Part shown: piece by piece, positions 1 to 10,444 of the stretch
Layout: the number at the start of each line of letters is the position of its first letter
Numbering within the stretch: the stretch's first letter is position 1
NCBI RefSeq assembly: GCF_014961315.1
Contig: NZ_CP063141.1
Coordinates: 2,591,123-2,655,122 of the forward strand
Direction of reading: 5' to 3'
DNA length: 64,000 nucleotides
From: Thermoflavifilum sp.
GTDB lineage: Bacteria; Bacteroidota; Bacteroidia; Chitinophagales; Chitinophagaceae
Notes under the pieces: model-generated
What the model saw: the letters and a program-made list of their open reading frames with translations, nothing else
Told to the model about the DNA's origin: nothing
Databases searched by the model: none
Made by a program: the position numbers and the translations under genes

Positions 1-1
1 G

Positions 2-181
2 CAGGACATCCATCGTATTTATGCTTATGAACAGGCATACGCGGGTCCGGCTGATAGGCTGATGATGCATGTGTACGATGCGTTTTTAAAAGCCAATCAC
101 CAGCGCCGGGGTATTCATAGCTATCAACAGGTGATTGCATTGCTCATCCAGTATCGCAGACAACTCAGGGTACGCGCGTGA
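2..181 (+). CDS. 3' end of an unidentified gene (partial, runs off the window start)
   Basis: Open frame from base 2 to TGA at 179-181 (..QDIHRIYAYEQAYAGPADRLMMHVYDAFLKANHQRRGIHSYQQVIALLIQYRRQLRVRA*). It is convergent with pyk and overlaps it slightly. No family recognised. Confidence 0.3.
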   Translation, partial: QDIHRIYAYEQAYAGPADRLMMHVYDAFLKANHQRRGIHSYQQVIALLIQYRRQLRVRA

Positions 182-1646
182 TTTTAAGCATATTCGTGGG
201 CAAATGTTCATGTACAGGAATACTGCCCGTATTCACCACCACATCGCCCGAAGAAATGAAGCCGCGTTCTTTTAAGATTTGAATCTGATCGAAAATGATG
301 GAATCCACACTTTCTTCTTCTGCATAATAAAATGCACGTACACCCCAGCTCAGGCTCAGCTGATTGACCAGCGAAGGCACTTTGGTGAATACATACAGGG
401 GAGCCTTTGGCCTGTAGCTGGAGAGCATGAATCCGGTGTATCCGCTTTGCGTCATGCCAATCAATGCATCGGCCTTCACATCCTCGGCAATCCGGCAGGC
501 ATTGTAACAAAGTGCATCGCTCAAAAACGAAGGCGAATGAGGTTGGGGGATGAGGTTGCGGTTGTAAATGATATCTTCTTTCTCTACTTCTTCAATAATT
601 TTTTTCATCGTTTCCACAACCAGTACAGGATGTTTTCCTGTGGCGGTTTCTGCACTTAGCATCACGGCATCGGCTCCTTCCAGCACGGCATTGGCTACAT
701 CGGTAATCTCACTGCGATTGGGTTTGGAACGTTCAATCATGCTTTCCATCATCTGCGTGGCTACAATGACGGGCTTTGCCCGATGGATACACTTGCGAAT
801 GATGTTTTTCTGAATCATCGGAATCTGCTCCACCGGCAATTCCACACCCAGATCGCCCCGGGCAATCATAATACCATCCGATTCGAGAATGATTTCCCGG
901 ATATTATTTACCGCCTCTGGCTTTTCAATCTTGGCAATGATCTTAATCGGACTGTTTTTTTCTTTCAATTTATTCCGCAGGATGATGATATCGTTTACAC
1001 TGCGTACAAACGAAAGTGCTACCCAGTCTAATTGTTGTTCAATAATAAAATCCAGGTCCTGCAAATCTTTCTCGGTGAGGCATGGCAAAGTGCTTTTGGT
1101 ATCGGGCAGGTTGATGCCTTTTTTAGATGAAAGCACACCCCCGATAATAACCTTAGCTTTCACCAGATTATCGGCCGTAATTTCCACCACACGGGTTTCT
1201 ATTTTTCCGTCATCGATGAGGATTTTATGACCCACCTTCACATCCTTGTGAAAATCGGGATAGGATACATAAATTTTTTCGCGCGTGCCTATACATTTTT
1301 CATTGGTGAAGGTGAGGATATCCCCCGGATTGACTTCAAGATGATTATTTTCGATATCGCCGATTCGGAGCTTAGGTCCCTGCAAATCGGCCAGTAAGGC
1401 AATGTTATACGGTTCTGATTCATTGATACGACGCACATGGCGAATAACCTCAAGTTTATCTTCGTAAGTGCCATGTGAAAAATTGAGCCGGAATACGTTT
1501 ACACCGGCTTTCACCAGCGCCAGCAGCTGGTCGTAGGTGTTACAAGCCGGGCCTACGGTGGCAACAATTTTGGTTTTATGCGTGGAATGCTGCTTGGCAG
1601 CACGATGATCCATTTGTTTGTGGAGATATTTGGAAATGTCAGACAT
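165..1646 (-). CDS. pyk: pyruvate kinase
   Basis: 493 aa. N-terminal KTKIVATVGPA..VNVFRLNFSHG, then LADLQGPKLRIG and MIARGDLGVE, all typical of the pyruvate kinase barrel, followed by a C-terminal alpha/beta domain. Confidence 0.95.
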   Translation of the reverse strand: MSDISKYLHKQMDHRAAKQHSTHKTKIVATVGPACNTYDQLLALVKAGVNVFRLNFSHGTYEDKLEVIRHVRRINESEPYNIALLADLQGPKLRIGDIENNHLEVNPGDILTFTNEKCIGTREKIYVSYPDFHKDVKVGHKILIDDGKIETRVVEITADNLVKAKVIIGGVLSSKKGINLPDTKSTLPCLTEKDLQDLDFIIEQQLDWVALSFVRSVNDIIILRNKLKEKNSPIKIIAKIEKPEAVNNIREIILESDGIMIARGDLGVELPVEQIPMIQKNIIRKCIHRAKPVIVATQMMESMIERSKPNRSEITDVANAVLEGADAVMLSAETATGKHPVLVVETMKKIIEEVEKEDIIYNRNLIPQPHSPSFLSDALCYNACRIAEDVKADALIGMTQSGYTGFMLSSYRPKAPLYVFTKVPSLVNQLSLSWGVRAFYYAEEESVDSIIFDQIQILKERGFISSGDVVVNTGSIPVHEHLPTNMLKITRVP

Positions 1647-1658
1647 GGCCTACAATTT

Positions 1659-2642
1659 TTAACTGGCTAATATGCGAATCATCTGAAACCATTCCGAATC
1701 TATGCCCTGTGTGGCTTTTACGGCTTTTTCCAGCGGTGTGTAATGCAGTTGATTATTCACAATGCCGATCATGCAATTATGATGTTTACCTTCCATCAAG
1801 GCCTGCACGGCAGCATAACCCAATCTGCTGGCAATCACGCGGTCCATGCAGGTGGGCGATCCGCCCCGTTGAATATGTCCAAGGATACACACCCGCGTAT
1901 CAAAATGTGGCAGCTGCTCTTTGATGGCGCGGGCTACCTCATTGGCACCGCCTGATTCATCGCCTTCAGCCACAACGATGATATTGACCAGCTTTTTACG
2001 ACGCTCATTGGCCTGAAGTTCGTTGATGATGTCCTGAATTTTTGTGGGTCGCTCAGGCAACAACACATGCTCTGCACCGGTGGCAATACCACTGTGCAGG
2101 GCAATATAGCCAGCATCCCGACCCATAACTTCCACAATAAACAAACGGTCGTGTGCTTCGGCCGTATCACGAATTTTATCGATGGCGCGTACAGCCGTGT
2201 TCACAGCCGTATCAAAACCAATGGTGAAATCCGTACCGTCGATATCCTTATCTATCGTGCCCGGCAAACCAATGCAGGGAATATCAAATTCTTTGCTGAA
2301 TGTATCGGCTCCTTTAAACGTCCCATCACCACCAATAACAATCAGGCCATCGATCTGGTATTTTTTTAATTGCTCGTATGCCCTTTGACGGCCTTCATAG
2401 CCGAAAAATTCCTTACAGCGAGCGGTTTTCAATATGGTACCCCCACGTTGAATGATATTGGCTACCGAACGGGAATCCATTTTCATGATATCGCCATTGA
2501 TCAGGCCACGATAGCCGTACATCACGCCATACACATTGAGCTGAAAATAATTTCCGGTTCTGACGATAGCCCGAATCGCAGCATTCATGCCCGGTGCATC
2601 ACCACCAGAAGTGAGAACAGCAATATTCTTTACTTTACTCAT
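1659..2642 (-). CDS. pfkA: ATP-dependent 6-phosphofructokinase
   Basis: 327 aa with IAVLTSGGDAPGMNAAIRA, VIGGDGT and PGTIDKD motifs. Lies 13 bp upstream of pyk on the same strand. Confidence 0.95.
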   Translation of the reverse strand: MSKVKNIAVLTSGGDAPGMNAAIRAIVRTGNYFQLNVYGVMYGYRGLINGDIMKMDSRSVANIIQRGGTILKTARCKEFFGYEGRQRAYEQLKKYQIDGLIVIGGDGTFKGADTFSKEFDIPCIGLPGTIDKDIDGTDFTIGFDTAVNTAVRAIDKIRDTAEAHDRLFIVEVMGRDAGYIALHSGIATGAEHVLLPERPTKIQDIINELQANERRKKLVNIIVVAEGDESGGANEVARAIKEQLPHFDTRVCILGHIQRGGSPTCMDRVIASRLGYAAVQALMEGKHHNCMIGIVNNQLHYTPLEKAVKATQGIDSEWFQMIRILAS

Positions 2643-2944
2643 ATCCTTGGTTTCAGGGTAAATGGGCCTCTTTGCTAAAACGGCACAAAATTAGGGTTTT
2701 GCTTTTGTTTTCCTACATTCTCTCACGGGAACTATATGAATATTTTTCCGGTAAATAAATAAATTATTAAAAAACTTTAAATGATATTTGTTTTTCCTTG
2801 CATACCATCAACGCGCTTTTCGATCCTGCGGATGTTTTCGATTTTATTGCAAATGCAATTTTTCGTTCGATGTTTCATGCCTTTGCCAGCTGTATGCTCA
2901 ATAAAATAAAAGAGGTTTAATACATTTGCGCCAATCCTGATCCA

Positions 2945-3847
2945 ATGCGCATACTTCTTACTGGTGCTAATGGCTTGCTGGGGCAGCATATACTTGCGCG
3001 GGTGGCGGCGCACCCCGCACACGAATGGATTGCCACAGGTAAAGGTCCATGTCGATTTTCGTGTAATGAACCTATCGTTTATGAATCACTCGATATTACG
3101 GATCGGGAGGCCGTCCGGGCATTATGGAATCGTTACAGGCCAGATGCGATAATTCACGCTGCAGCGATGACCCATGTGGATGCGTGTGAGCAACAAAAAG
3201 CCACCTGCTGGCAAATCAATGTGGAAGGCACCCATCATTTGATAGAGGCTGCCCGGGCTACCAGTAGCTTTTTTCTGCTTGTCTCTACGGATTTTATTTT
3301 CAATGGTGAAGCAGGCCCGTATACGGAAGAAGATGTACCGGAGCCTGTAAATTATTACGGCCTGTCAAAGCTCTGTGCTGAGCAACTGGTACGGGCCAGT
3401 GGTTTACCCTGGGCTATTGCCCGAACCGTGCTGGTGTATGGAAATATACCGGGCCGGGAAAAAAGCAATATCGTGCACTGGATCGTGCAACAGCTCCAGC
3501 AGGGCCACTCCATCCGCATGGTCGATGATCAATGGCGAACGCCCACCTGGGCCGCCGATCTGGCCGAAGGCTGCTGGCAGATTGTATCGCAACAAGCATG
3601 CGGCGTTTTTCATCTGGCAGGCCCCGATATGCTTACCCCATACGCTATGGCACAGCAGATTGCCGAAGTATGGCATCTGCCCGCCGAACTCATCCAGCCG
3701 GTTAATAGCCTCAGCTTTCAGCAGCCGGCCCGCAGGCCGCCCCGCACCGGACTCATCATCCAGAAGGCCATCCAGCAACTCCACTACCAACCGCATGCAT
3801 TTACCGAAAGTTTGCACATCATCCATAAACAGCTCAATCAAACATGA
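2945..3847 (+). CDS. SDR-family NAD(P)-dependent sugar-nucleotide reductase, RmlD-like (dTDP-4-dehydrorhamnose reductase family)
   Basis: MRILLTGANGLLGQ Rossmann N-terminus, YGLSKLCAE (YxxxK), length of 300 aa typical of RmlD-type proteins. Confidence 0.7.
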   Translation: MRILLTGANGLLGQHILARVAAHPAHEWIATGKGPCRFSCNEPIVYESLDITDREAVRALWNRYRPDAIIHAAAMTHVDACEQQKATCWQINVEGTHHLIEAARATSSFFLLVSTDFIFNGEAGPYTEEDVPEPVNYYGLSKLCAEQLVRASGLPWAIARTVLVYGNIPGREKSNIVHWIVQQLQQGHSIRMVDDQWRTPTWAADLAEGCWQIVSQQACGVFHLAGPDMLTPYAMAQQIAEVWHLPAELIQPVNSLSFQQPARRPPRTGLIIQKAIQQLHYQPHAFTESLHIIHKQLNQT

Positions 3848-4458
3848 ATATCGAAAATATCATCTTCGACTTAGGTGGCGTACTCATTGATTGGAATCCG
3901 CGTTATCTGTTTAAAAAAATCTTTTCCACTGAAGAGGAAATGGAATATTTCCTCAACCATGTGGCCACTTCCGAATGGAATGCCGAGCAGGATGCCGGCC
4001 GTTCACTACAGGAAGGAACGGCATGGCTTATCGAGCGCTTTCCACAATATAGCGACGCCATCCGGGCTTATTATGAGCGATGGGAAGAAATGCTGGGCGG
4101 AGAAATAAAAGCAACAATAGATATATTTTATCGCCTGAAAGCCATGCGCACTTATCGGTTGTACGCGCTCACCAACTGGTCGGCCGAAACATTTATCATC
4201 GCCCGACAGCGCTTTGCTTTCCTGCAAGATTTTGATGGAATTGTAGTTTCAGGCGAAGAAAAAACCCGAAAACCCTTTCTGGATATTTATCAGCGACTGA
4301 TCGATCGTTTCCAGATTCTTCCCGAACGCAGCTTGTTTATTGACGATGTACCAGAAAATATTGAAGGTGCAAAACAGGCGGGCCTGCACACCTGTTTGTT
4401 TGTTTCGCCAGATGTACTCGAACAACAACTGACTGCCATGGGCATTTTAAAGGGATAA
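3844..4458 (+). CDS. HAD-superfamily hydrolase (subfamily IA-like)
   Basis: IIFDLGGVLIDW motif I, LTNWS motif II, KP..IY and FIDDV motif IV. Its start overlaps the preceding stop by 4 nt. Confidence 0.8.
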   Translation: MNIENIIFDLGGVLIDWNPRYLFKKIFSTEEEMEYFLNHVATSEWNAEQDAGRSLQEGTAWLIERFPQYSDAIRAYYERWEEMLGGEIKATIDIFYRLKAMRTYRLYALTNWSAETFIIARQRFAFLQDFDGIVVSGEEKTRKPFLDIYQRLIDRFQILPERSLFIDDVPENIEGAKQAGLHTCLFVSPDVLEQQLTAMGILKG

Positions 4459-4842
4459 AGCCGCCTCCTTACTGAAAGGCTTGTTGATAAACCGTTTCAC
4501 GCTTTCATGCTGCTTGATGCGCTCCAGGTCATACGGATCAATGGTGCTGGAAAGCATTACAATTTCGCAATGCTCCCGAATGGCAGCGGGTAATTTGCCG
4601 AAAGCTTCCAGAAATTCAAAGCCGTCCATGCCCGGCATGCGAATGTCAAGCAAAATAATTTCGGGTACAGATGCAGGGGAGGAGAGATGAGTTTGTAGAT
4701 ATTGCAGGGCTTCAGATCCTGATTCTAATGATAAAACCTGTTCGCATACCTGAAGTTTTTTTAAACAGGACTCGGCCACGTATCGATCAATATAATTATC
4801 ATCTACAATCATAATAAGATGATACTTGGCTGCGGCATTCAT
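4447..4842 (-). CDS. stand-alone response regulator receiver (CheY-like, no output domain)
   Basis: 131 aa. IMIVDDN, ILLDIRMPGMDGFEFL and INKPF receiver signatures. Its ATG overlaps the kinase stop (ATGA at 4839-4842). Confidence 0.9.
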   Translation of the reverse strand: MNAAAKYHLIMIVDDNYIDRYVAESCLKKLQVCEQVLSLESGSEALQYLQTHLSSPASVPEIILLDIRMPGMDGFEFLEAFGKLPAAIREHCEIVMLSSTIDPYDLERIKQHESVKRFINKPFSKEAALSL

Positions 4843-7061
4843 GTGATCACAAGGTTTTTCTGGTTAGGAATGGTTAACGCAAACCGGGTGCCCACGCCAG
4901 GTTCAGAATGTACGGTAATTTCGCCTTCCAGCTTGTTCAGCATTTCTTTGACGATATACAGGCCAAGACCTGAACCTGGCACCTTACTGTTGGCCCGGTA
5001 AAACATTTCAAAAATACGACTTTGTACGGTATGATCAATACCCATTCCCTTATCTTCGATAACCAGCGTGCATTGCTGATCATTTGCCTGTACTAACAGA
5101 AAAACCTCGTTTTTATTACGCTCCGGATGCTTGTGCAGAACGGCATTAAAAAGCAGCTTCTGCAAAATGGTTTTGATCCGATATGCATCAGAATAAAATT
5201 CATCGGTTTGTTCTACATATTCAAAATGTATGTCCACATCTCGATGATAAACGGCCGGTATGCTGTTGATGACCTCTTCTACGAGCGATGACCAGATGAT
5301 GGGCGACTTATTGACCGGCATCCTTGCATTGTTAGAATAATGCATGACATCGGTGATAAAATGATCCAGCCGTTTGAGGGATTCCCGAAGCATGCTGAAA
5401 TGATGCTTGTTTACCTGCGGATCGGTTTCTTCCTCGCATAATTGCACAATACCCATCATAGAAGCAATAGGGGAGCGCAAATCGTGCGATATGCTATAAA
5501 TGAAGCGATCCAGTTCCTGATTTACTTTTTCCAGTTCGCGGTTTTGTTTTTCCAGCAACTTTTCCTTTTCAATCCGCTCCGTTACATCCTGGGCAATGCC
5601 ATATACACGATTGATAGTTCCATCCTGTGTCTGGCCGATATAACCTTTTACAAAAATCACCTTATCTTTTCCATTTACCATGGTTTGATGGTAAAAGCTA
5701 AACCCTTTTCTGGACGACAGCGCTTTCTTAAACAAACGTTTGACTCGCACGCGGTCTGCTTCATCGATCAACTCCATAAACCGTGCTAAAGTGATTTTTT
5801 CATCAGACCTGCAACCATAAATCCGATACATTTCATCAGACCAGACCATCCGGTTATCGGCAACATTCCATTCCCAGTTTCCAAGATGTGCGAGTTGCTG
5901 GGCTTCACTGAGCAAATATTCCTTTCGCATCAGCTCCACCTGCATCTGTCGCAGGTCTGTGATATCTTTTCCCACCCAGAGTGTGGCAATAATCCGACCG
6001 TTATTGATCAGCGGGCGTACAGCGAAATGCATCTGTCTGATGCCCGATGGAGTATGTAAGGCAATATCAGGCAGGTTAGATTCTTTACCTGCCAGCGCTT
6101 GATCATGAGCTTCCAGCAGATGCTGCAAATGACGAGCATCAGCAGCTTTAAAGAGTTGATGAAATGGCCGGGATGCCGATGAAGCACCACTTATGCCTAA
6201 TACATATTGCCCATAATTATTCAAATAGGCCGCAAAACCATTAGGCATGACACAACAAACCAGTACAGGCACCTCCGACATCACCAGTTCTTCTTCGATC
6301 AAATCCCTGGGCTGAAACAATTGATATTTTTTCAGGGCGATAAATGTACAGCATACCGATACCGTCATGAAGCTCGAAGTAACCGGATAACTGGGGGTAT
6401 GCCACAACAATGGAATCAGAAACTGCACAATCACACCGGCGATTGCAGGCATGCTCACCGCAAGGGTGATCAACAGGGCTTGCTTGAACTGTACGGGATG
6501 ATGCCTCACCGCTATGGTATAGCGAATCATGTTCCAGGTTGCTACCCATACCAGCAAGGATATCCAGCTCAGCTGGATAACTGAAACCCAGGGCTTGCTG
6601 ATATCCTTCACCCAGCCCCATGAAGGGATGTATGTAAATACATGCGGATAAAGATCCATCTGATACAAACTGAGCAGGAAAAATGATGGCAAATACAACA
6701 ATAGCAATACATGCGGCGCCCGATGCCGATGAAAAAAACGCGTATAATACCACACAAAATGCAAGCATACCGGACCAATAAAATTCCAACCCATACTGGT
6801 AAGCCGATCAAAAAAGCTGGCCGTTTGCACATTTGCACTCAGATGGGTGAGCAAATCGTTCAACTGCCATAATATGCCCGTCAAGCCCAGCAGCAGATAA
6901 AGCCTGACGAGTGTATTTTGCGGAAAACGTAAATAAATGTAGAAGATTAAAGAAACCCCAACCAGGAAAGAAAATATGGTTGCCCAGAAGCCAAATCCCT
7001 GTTGAAATTGAAATTGTAGATCCAACCCCATAAGCTGATAACCTAAAACTGTATGGCTCAT
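4839..7061 (-). CDS. PAS-domain sensor histidine kinase with a multi-pass membrane N-terminus
   Basis: 740 aa. The first 250 aa or so are strongly hydrophobic with multiple TM segments. The middle is PAS-like (NWEWNV..MVWSDEMYRIYG). H-box is YSISHDLRSPI. HATPase_c G-boxes are DKGMGID and GSGLGLYIVK. Confidence 0.9.
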   Translation of the reverse strand: MSHTVLGYQLMGLDLQFQFQQGFGFWATIFSFLVGVSLIFYIYLRFPQNTLVRLYLLLGLTGILWQLNDLLTHLSANVQTASFFDRLTSMGWNFIGPVCLHFVWYYTRFFHRHRAPHVLLLLYLPSFFLLSLYQMDLYPHVFTYIPSWGWVKDISKPWVSVIQLSWISLLVWVATWNMIRYTIAVRHHPVQFKQALLITLAVSMPAIAGVIVQFLIPLLWHTPSYPVTSSFMTVSVCCTFIALKKYQLFQPRDLIEEELVMSEVPVLVCCVMPNGFAAYLNNYGQYVLGISGASSASRPFHQLFKAADARHLQHLLEAHDQALAGKESNLPDIALHTPSGIRQMHFAVRPLINNGRIIATLWVGKDITDLRQMQVELMRKEYLLSEAQQLAHLGNWEWNVADNRMVWSDEMYRIYGCRSDEKITLARFMELIDEADRVRVKRLFKKALSSRKGFSFYHQTMVNGKDKVIFVKGYIGQTQDGTINRVYGIAQDVTERIEKEKLLEKQNRELEKVNQELDRFIYSISHDLRSPIASMMGIVQLCEEETDPQVNKHHFSMLRESLKRLDHFITDVMHYSNNARMPVNKSPIIWSSLVEEVINSIPAVYHRDVDIHFEYVEQTDEFYSDAYRIKTILQKLLFNAVLHKHPERNKNEVFLLVQANDQQCTLVIEDKGMGIDHTVQSRIFEMFYRANSKVPGSGLGLYIVKEMLNKLEGEITVHSEPGVGTRFALTIPNQKNLVIT

Positions 7062-7273
7062 GCCTGTTTATGTCTGGCAAACAAGATACATGAAAACAAA
7101 TCAGATTTGCAAGTATTTTTTTATGAAACAATTTACCCTACTGCACATCATCTTTTTCTTCTGAATCATCAACATCAACAGCTATTCACGATACGTTTAC
7201 ATACGATGATTTGCATTTTTTAGATGCAACATCTATTTTTATTTTTCGATTATCACCTAAAAAACCAACCGAT

Positions 7274-9694
7274 ATGCTTTACCCGAAATCACATCTGCAA
7301 TGGTCATGCTTCTTTGCCCGACTGATTCAGCGCATCTTTCAGGCCTGTATGCTGGGCATGATCAGTTGCTATCCGTTGTGGGTTAATGCCCAGCAAAAAT
7401 TAAACGCTTCAACATGGCAACAGATTGTGCACCAGATGACGCTCGATGAAAAAGTGCACACGGTTGTGGGGATGGGGATCTATTTGCCGCCTGCCGCCAT
7501 GGAACAGTTGCGCCGCGCCCTACACGATACCAGCATGCTGCACAATTTTCATTTCCCTCCCATGGATACAAATGCCTTAAAAATCCCGGAAAAAGTACCC
7601 GGTGCGGCCGGGCGAACTTATGCGCATGCGCGATGGGGTATTCCTTCACTTACATTTTCCGATGGCCCTGCCGGCGTACGCATCAATCCGATTCGCAATA
7701 ACGATAGCAGCCATACGTATTATGCCACAGCCTTTCCAGTAGCTACCCTGCTGGCTTCCAGCTGGGATACTGGCTGCGTATATGCCGTAGGACAGGCAAT
7801 GGGAAATGAAGTAAAAAATTATGGTATTGATGTGTTGCTCGGCCCCGGTATGAATATCCAGCGTAATCCCCTCTGCGGGCGCAATTTTGAATATTATTCC
7901 GAAGATCCCGTCATTACCGGACAAATGGCGGCTGCAATGGTTTCAGGTATTCAATCCAACGGCGTAGGCGCCTGTATCAAACATTTTGCCTGTAATAATC
8001 AGGAAACCAATCGCAATTCCATCGATGTAATCGTGAGTGAGCGGGCCCTGCGCGAGATTTACCTGCGTGGTTTTGAAATTGCCGTCAGGCAGGCACAACC
8101 CTGGACGGTGATGAGCTCTTACAATAAAATCAATGGCACCTATACTTCGGAACGACACGACCTGTTGACAACCGTTTTGCGCGATGAATGGGGCTTTCAG
8201 GGCATGGTGATGACCGACTGGTTTGGGGGAAAAGATGCTGTGGCACAGATGCAGGCGGGGAATGACCTGTTGATGCCCGGTACACCCCTGCAAATGCAGG
8301 CTATTGAACAGGCTGTACGCAAAGGCGAACTCGATACCAATGTGCTTAACCGCAACGTAGAAAATGTACTGCGATTGGTGTTGAAATCGCCTACCTTCCA
8401 CCACATAGCTTATTCGGATCATCCCGATCTTCAGGCACATGCGCGTGTTGCCCGATGGGCGGCCACACAGGGCATGGTGTTGTTGAAAAATCAGGGTGAT
8501 GCCCTGCCATTATCTTCAAAAATCCATCAGGTAGCTTTATTCGGTACATCGGCCTATCATCTCATCCCCGGCGGCACCGGAAGCGGTACTGTACATGCAC
8601 CTTACACCATTTCGCTGGCACAGGGACTGCACGATGCCGGCTTTAAACTGGATACCAACCTGCAAAACACCTATCAACACTATATCCATGCCCACAATCC
8701 CACTCCAAAAAATCCTATGGCTGCCTTGTTTGGCGCTCCCCCCATTCCGGAAATGCCTGTCTCAGCCGAAGCAATCGCAAAAGCAGCCACAAGAAATGAT
8801 GTGGCTATCCTATCCATCGGACGCGAATCGGGCGAAGGTGCCGATCGACATATCACCGATGATTTCGAACTATCGGACACCGAACAGGCAATAATTTCAG
8901 AAGTTTGTCGTGCATTTCATGCGGCCCATAAACCCGTTATAGTGGTATTGAATATTGGCGGAGTGATTGAAACGGCTTCGTGGCGCGAGAAACCCGATGC
9001 CATCCTGCTTGCCTGGCAGCCCGGCGAGGAAGGTGGACACGCCATTGCAGATGTGCTGACCGGCAAAGTGAATCCCTCTGGCCGACTGGCTGTGACTTTC
9101 CCGGTAAAATATGCAGATGAACCTTCTGCTCAAAACTTTCCGGGCACGCCTCCCGAACATCCAGAAAAGGTTGTATATCAGGAAGGCATTTATGTGGGTT
9201 ACCGGTATTTCCATACTTTTCACGTGCCTGTAGCTTATCCGTTTGGCTATGGACTATCGTACACCAGCTTCCAGTATGGTAAACCCCAGCTTAAAGAGGG
9301 ACCCCATGCGCATAGCTGGGAATTGAGTGTCGTGGTGACTAATACCGGCAAACGCGCCGGCAAAGAAGTCGTGCAACTGTATATTCATGCCCCGGCATCG
9401 CAACTGGACAAACCAGCAATTGAATTAAAAAAATTTACTAAAACAAAGCTGCTTGCGCCCGGAGAGTCTGAAACCCTGCACTTTGTGTTCACACCCGATG
9501 ACCTGAGCTCCTTTGATCCGGAACGCTCGGCCTGGATAGCCGATGCCGGCACCTATACCGTTTACCTGGCTAAAAATGCCGAGCAGATGATTGCATCCGT
9601 ACAGCTGAGCCTGCCCGAAGCCATCATCACCGAAAAGGTGCATCGCGTATTGCAGCCACAAGAACAAATTCAGGAATTACATCCTGAACGTTGA
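7274..9694 (+). CDS. bglX: glycoside hydrolase family 3 beta-glucosidase
   Basis: GH3 motifs GPGMNIQRNPLCGRNFEYYSEDP, KHFACNNQE and the VMTDW nucleophile region, with a C-terminal FnIII-like tail. I chose ATG 7274 (MLYPKS.. with signal-like ..LWVNAQQ) over the TTG at 7211 in the ORF track. Confidence 0.9.
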   Translation: MLYPKSHLQWSCFFARLIQRIFQACMLGMISCYPLWVNAQQKLNASTWQQIVHQMTLDEKVHTVVGMGIYLPPAAMEQLRRALHDTSMLHNFHFPPMDTNALKIPEKVPGAAGRTYAHARWGIPSLTFSDGPAGVRINPIRNNDSSHTYYATAFPVATLLASSWDTGCVYAVGQAMGNEVKNYGIDVLLGPGMNIQRNPLCGRNFEYYSEDPVITGQMAAAMVSGIQSNGVGACIKHFACNNQETNRNSIDVIVSERALREIYLRGFEIAVRQAQPWTVMSSYNKINGTYTSERHDLLTTVLRDEWGFQGMVMTDWFGGKDAVAQMQAGNDLLMPGTPLQMQAIEQAVRKGELDTNVLNRNVENVLRLVLKSPTFHHIAYSDHPDLQAHARVARWAATQGMVLLKNQGDALPLSSKIHQVALFGTSAYHLIPGGTGSGTVHAPYTISLAQGLHDAGFKLDTNLQNTYQHYIHAHNPTPKNPMAALFGAPPIPEMPVSAEAIAKAATRNDVAILSIGRESGEGADRHITDDFELSDTEQAIISEVCRAFHAAHKPVIVVLNIGGVIETASWREKPDAILLAWQPGEEGGHAIADVLTGKVNPSGRLAVTFPVKYADEPSAQNFPGTPPEHPEKVVYQEGIYVGYRYFHTFHVPVAYPFGYGLSYTSFQYGKPQLKEGPHAHSWELSVVVTNTGKRAGKEVVQLYIHAPASQLDKPAIELKKFTKTKLLAPGESETLHFVFTPDDLSSFDPERSAWIADAGTYTVYLAKNAEQMIASVQLSLPEAIITEKVHRVLQPQEQIQELHPER

Positions 9695-9775
9695 ATGAAA
9701 AGTAAAAAGCTTGCAAACGGATAAAAACCATCCTGCAGCATTGAATAAAACGGATGAATTGCTTATTTTTCATCC

Positions 9776-10444
9776 ATGCATTTCTCGTGGGAAGGCTGGA
9801 AGAGAAATGGTTTCATGGGCATGATGTTTTTTGCCGGCTTCATCAATACAAAAGCATTCGTGCATGCCCAGAACCTTCCGCATCAACAAGCCCTGAAATA
9901 CTGGACTGTGGTGTGGGATGGAGAATATCGGCCGGGTGAGGAAACGGATGATACCATTTATTACAGTCCTCTGCGACCGCTGCAATGGCGTGATTTCACC
10001 GGTCATCCACCACCGGGCGTGCATCGCAATGCAGCGGTTACCTATAGCAGCTTTGGATTTACAGGTTCGGCCGTCACGCATCACGATACGCTGGAAGTGC
10101 ACCTGCAACTGCAGGTGTTCTTCGTAAAAAGCGCTTCCTATGTAATCCCTGCAGCATTACCCGGTCCGGATGCTCTGGCGCATGAGCAACTGCATTTCGA
10201 TTTAACCCGCATCAGTGCAGCTCATTTTCAGCAGCTGGTGCTGGAAAATAAAAAAGACATTCAGCCTGAGGATGCAGATAGCTATATCCAGTATCAATAT
10301 TTAGAAGCCTTTCGGTACATGAATCATATTCAGGATCAATTCGACAGTGAAACCCAGCATGGCACCAATAAAGCCGAAGAAGCAAAATGGGCTGCATTTG
10401 TGCATCAACAGCTGAGGGTTATCTATCCGCAATTCAATTTTTAA
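9776..10444 (+). CDS. secreted DUF922-like putative zinc metalloprotease
   Basis: 222 aa with a signal-like N-terminus (MGMMFFAGFINTKAFVHAQ). The HEQLHFDL (HExxH) context resembles the DUF922 family. Assigned from memory of that family. Confidence 0.55.
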   Translation: MHFSWEGWKRNGFMGMMFFAGFINTKAFVHAQNLPHQQALKYWTVVWDGEYRPGEETDDTIYYSPLRPLQWRDFTGHPPPGVHRNAAVTYSSFGFTGSAVTHHDTLEVHLQLQVFFVKSASYVIPAALPGPDALAHEQLHFDLTRISAAHFQQLVLENKKDIQPEDADSYIQYQYLEAFRYMNHIQDQFDSETQHGTNKAEEAKWAAFVHQQLRVIYPQFNF

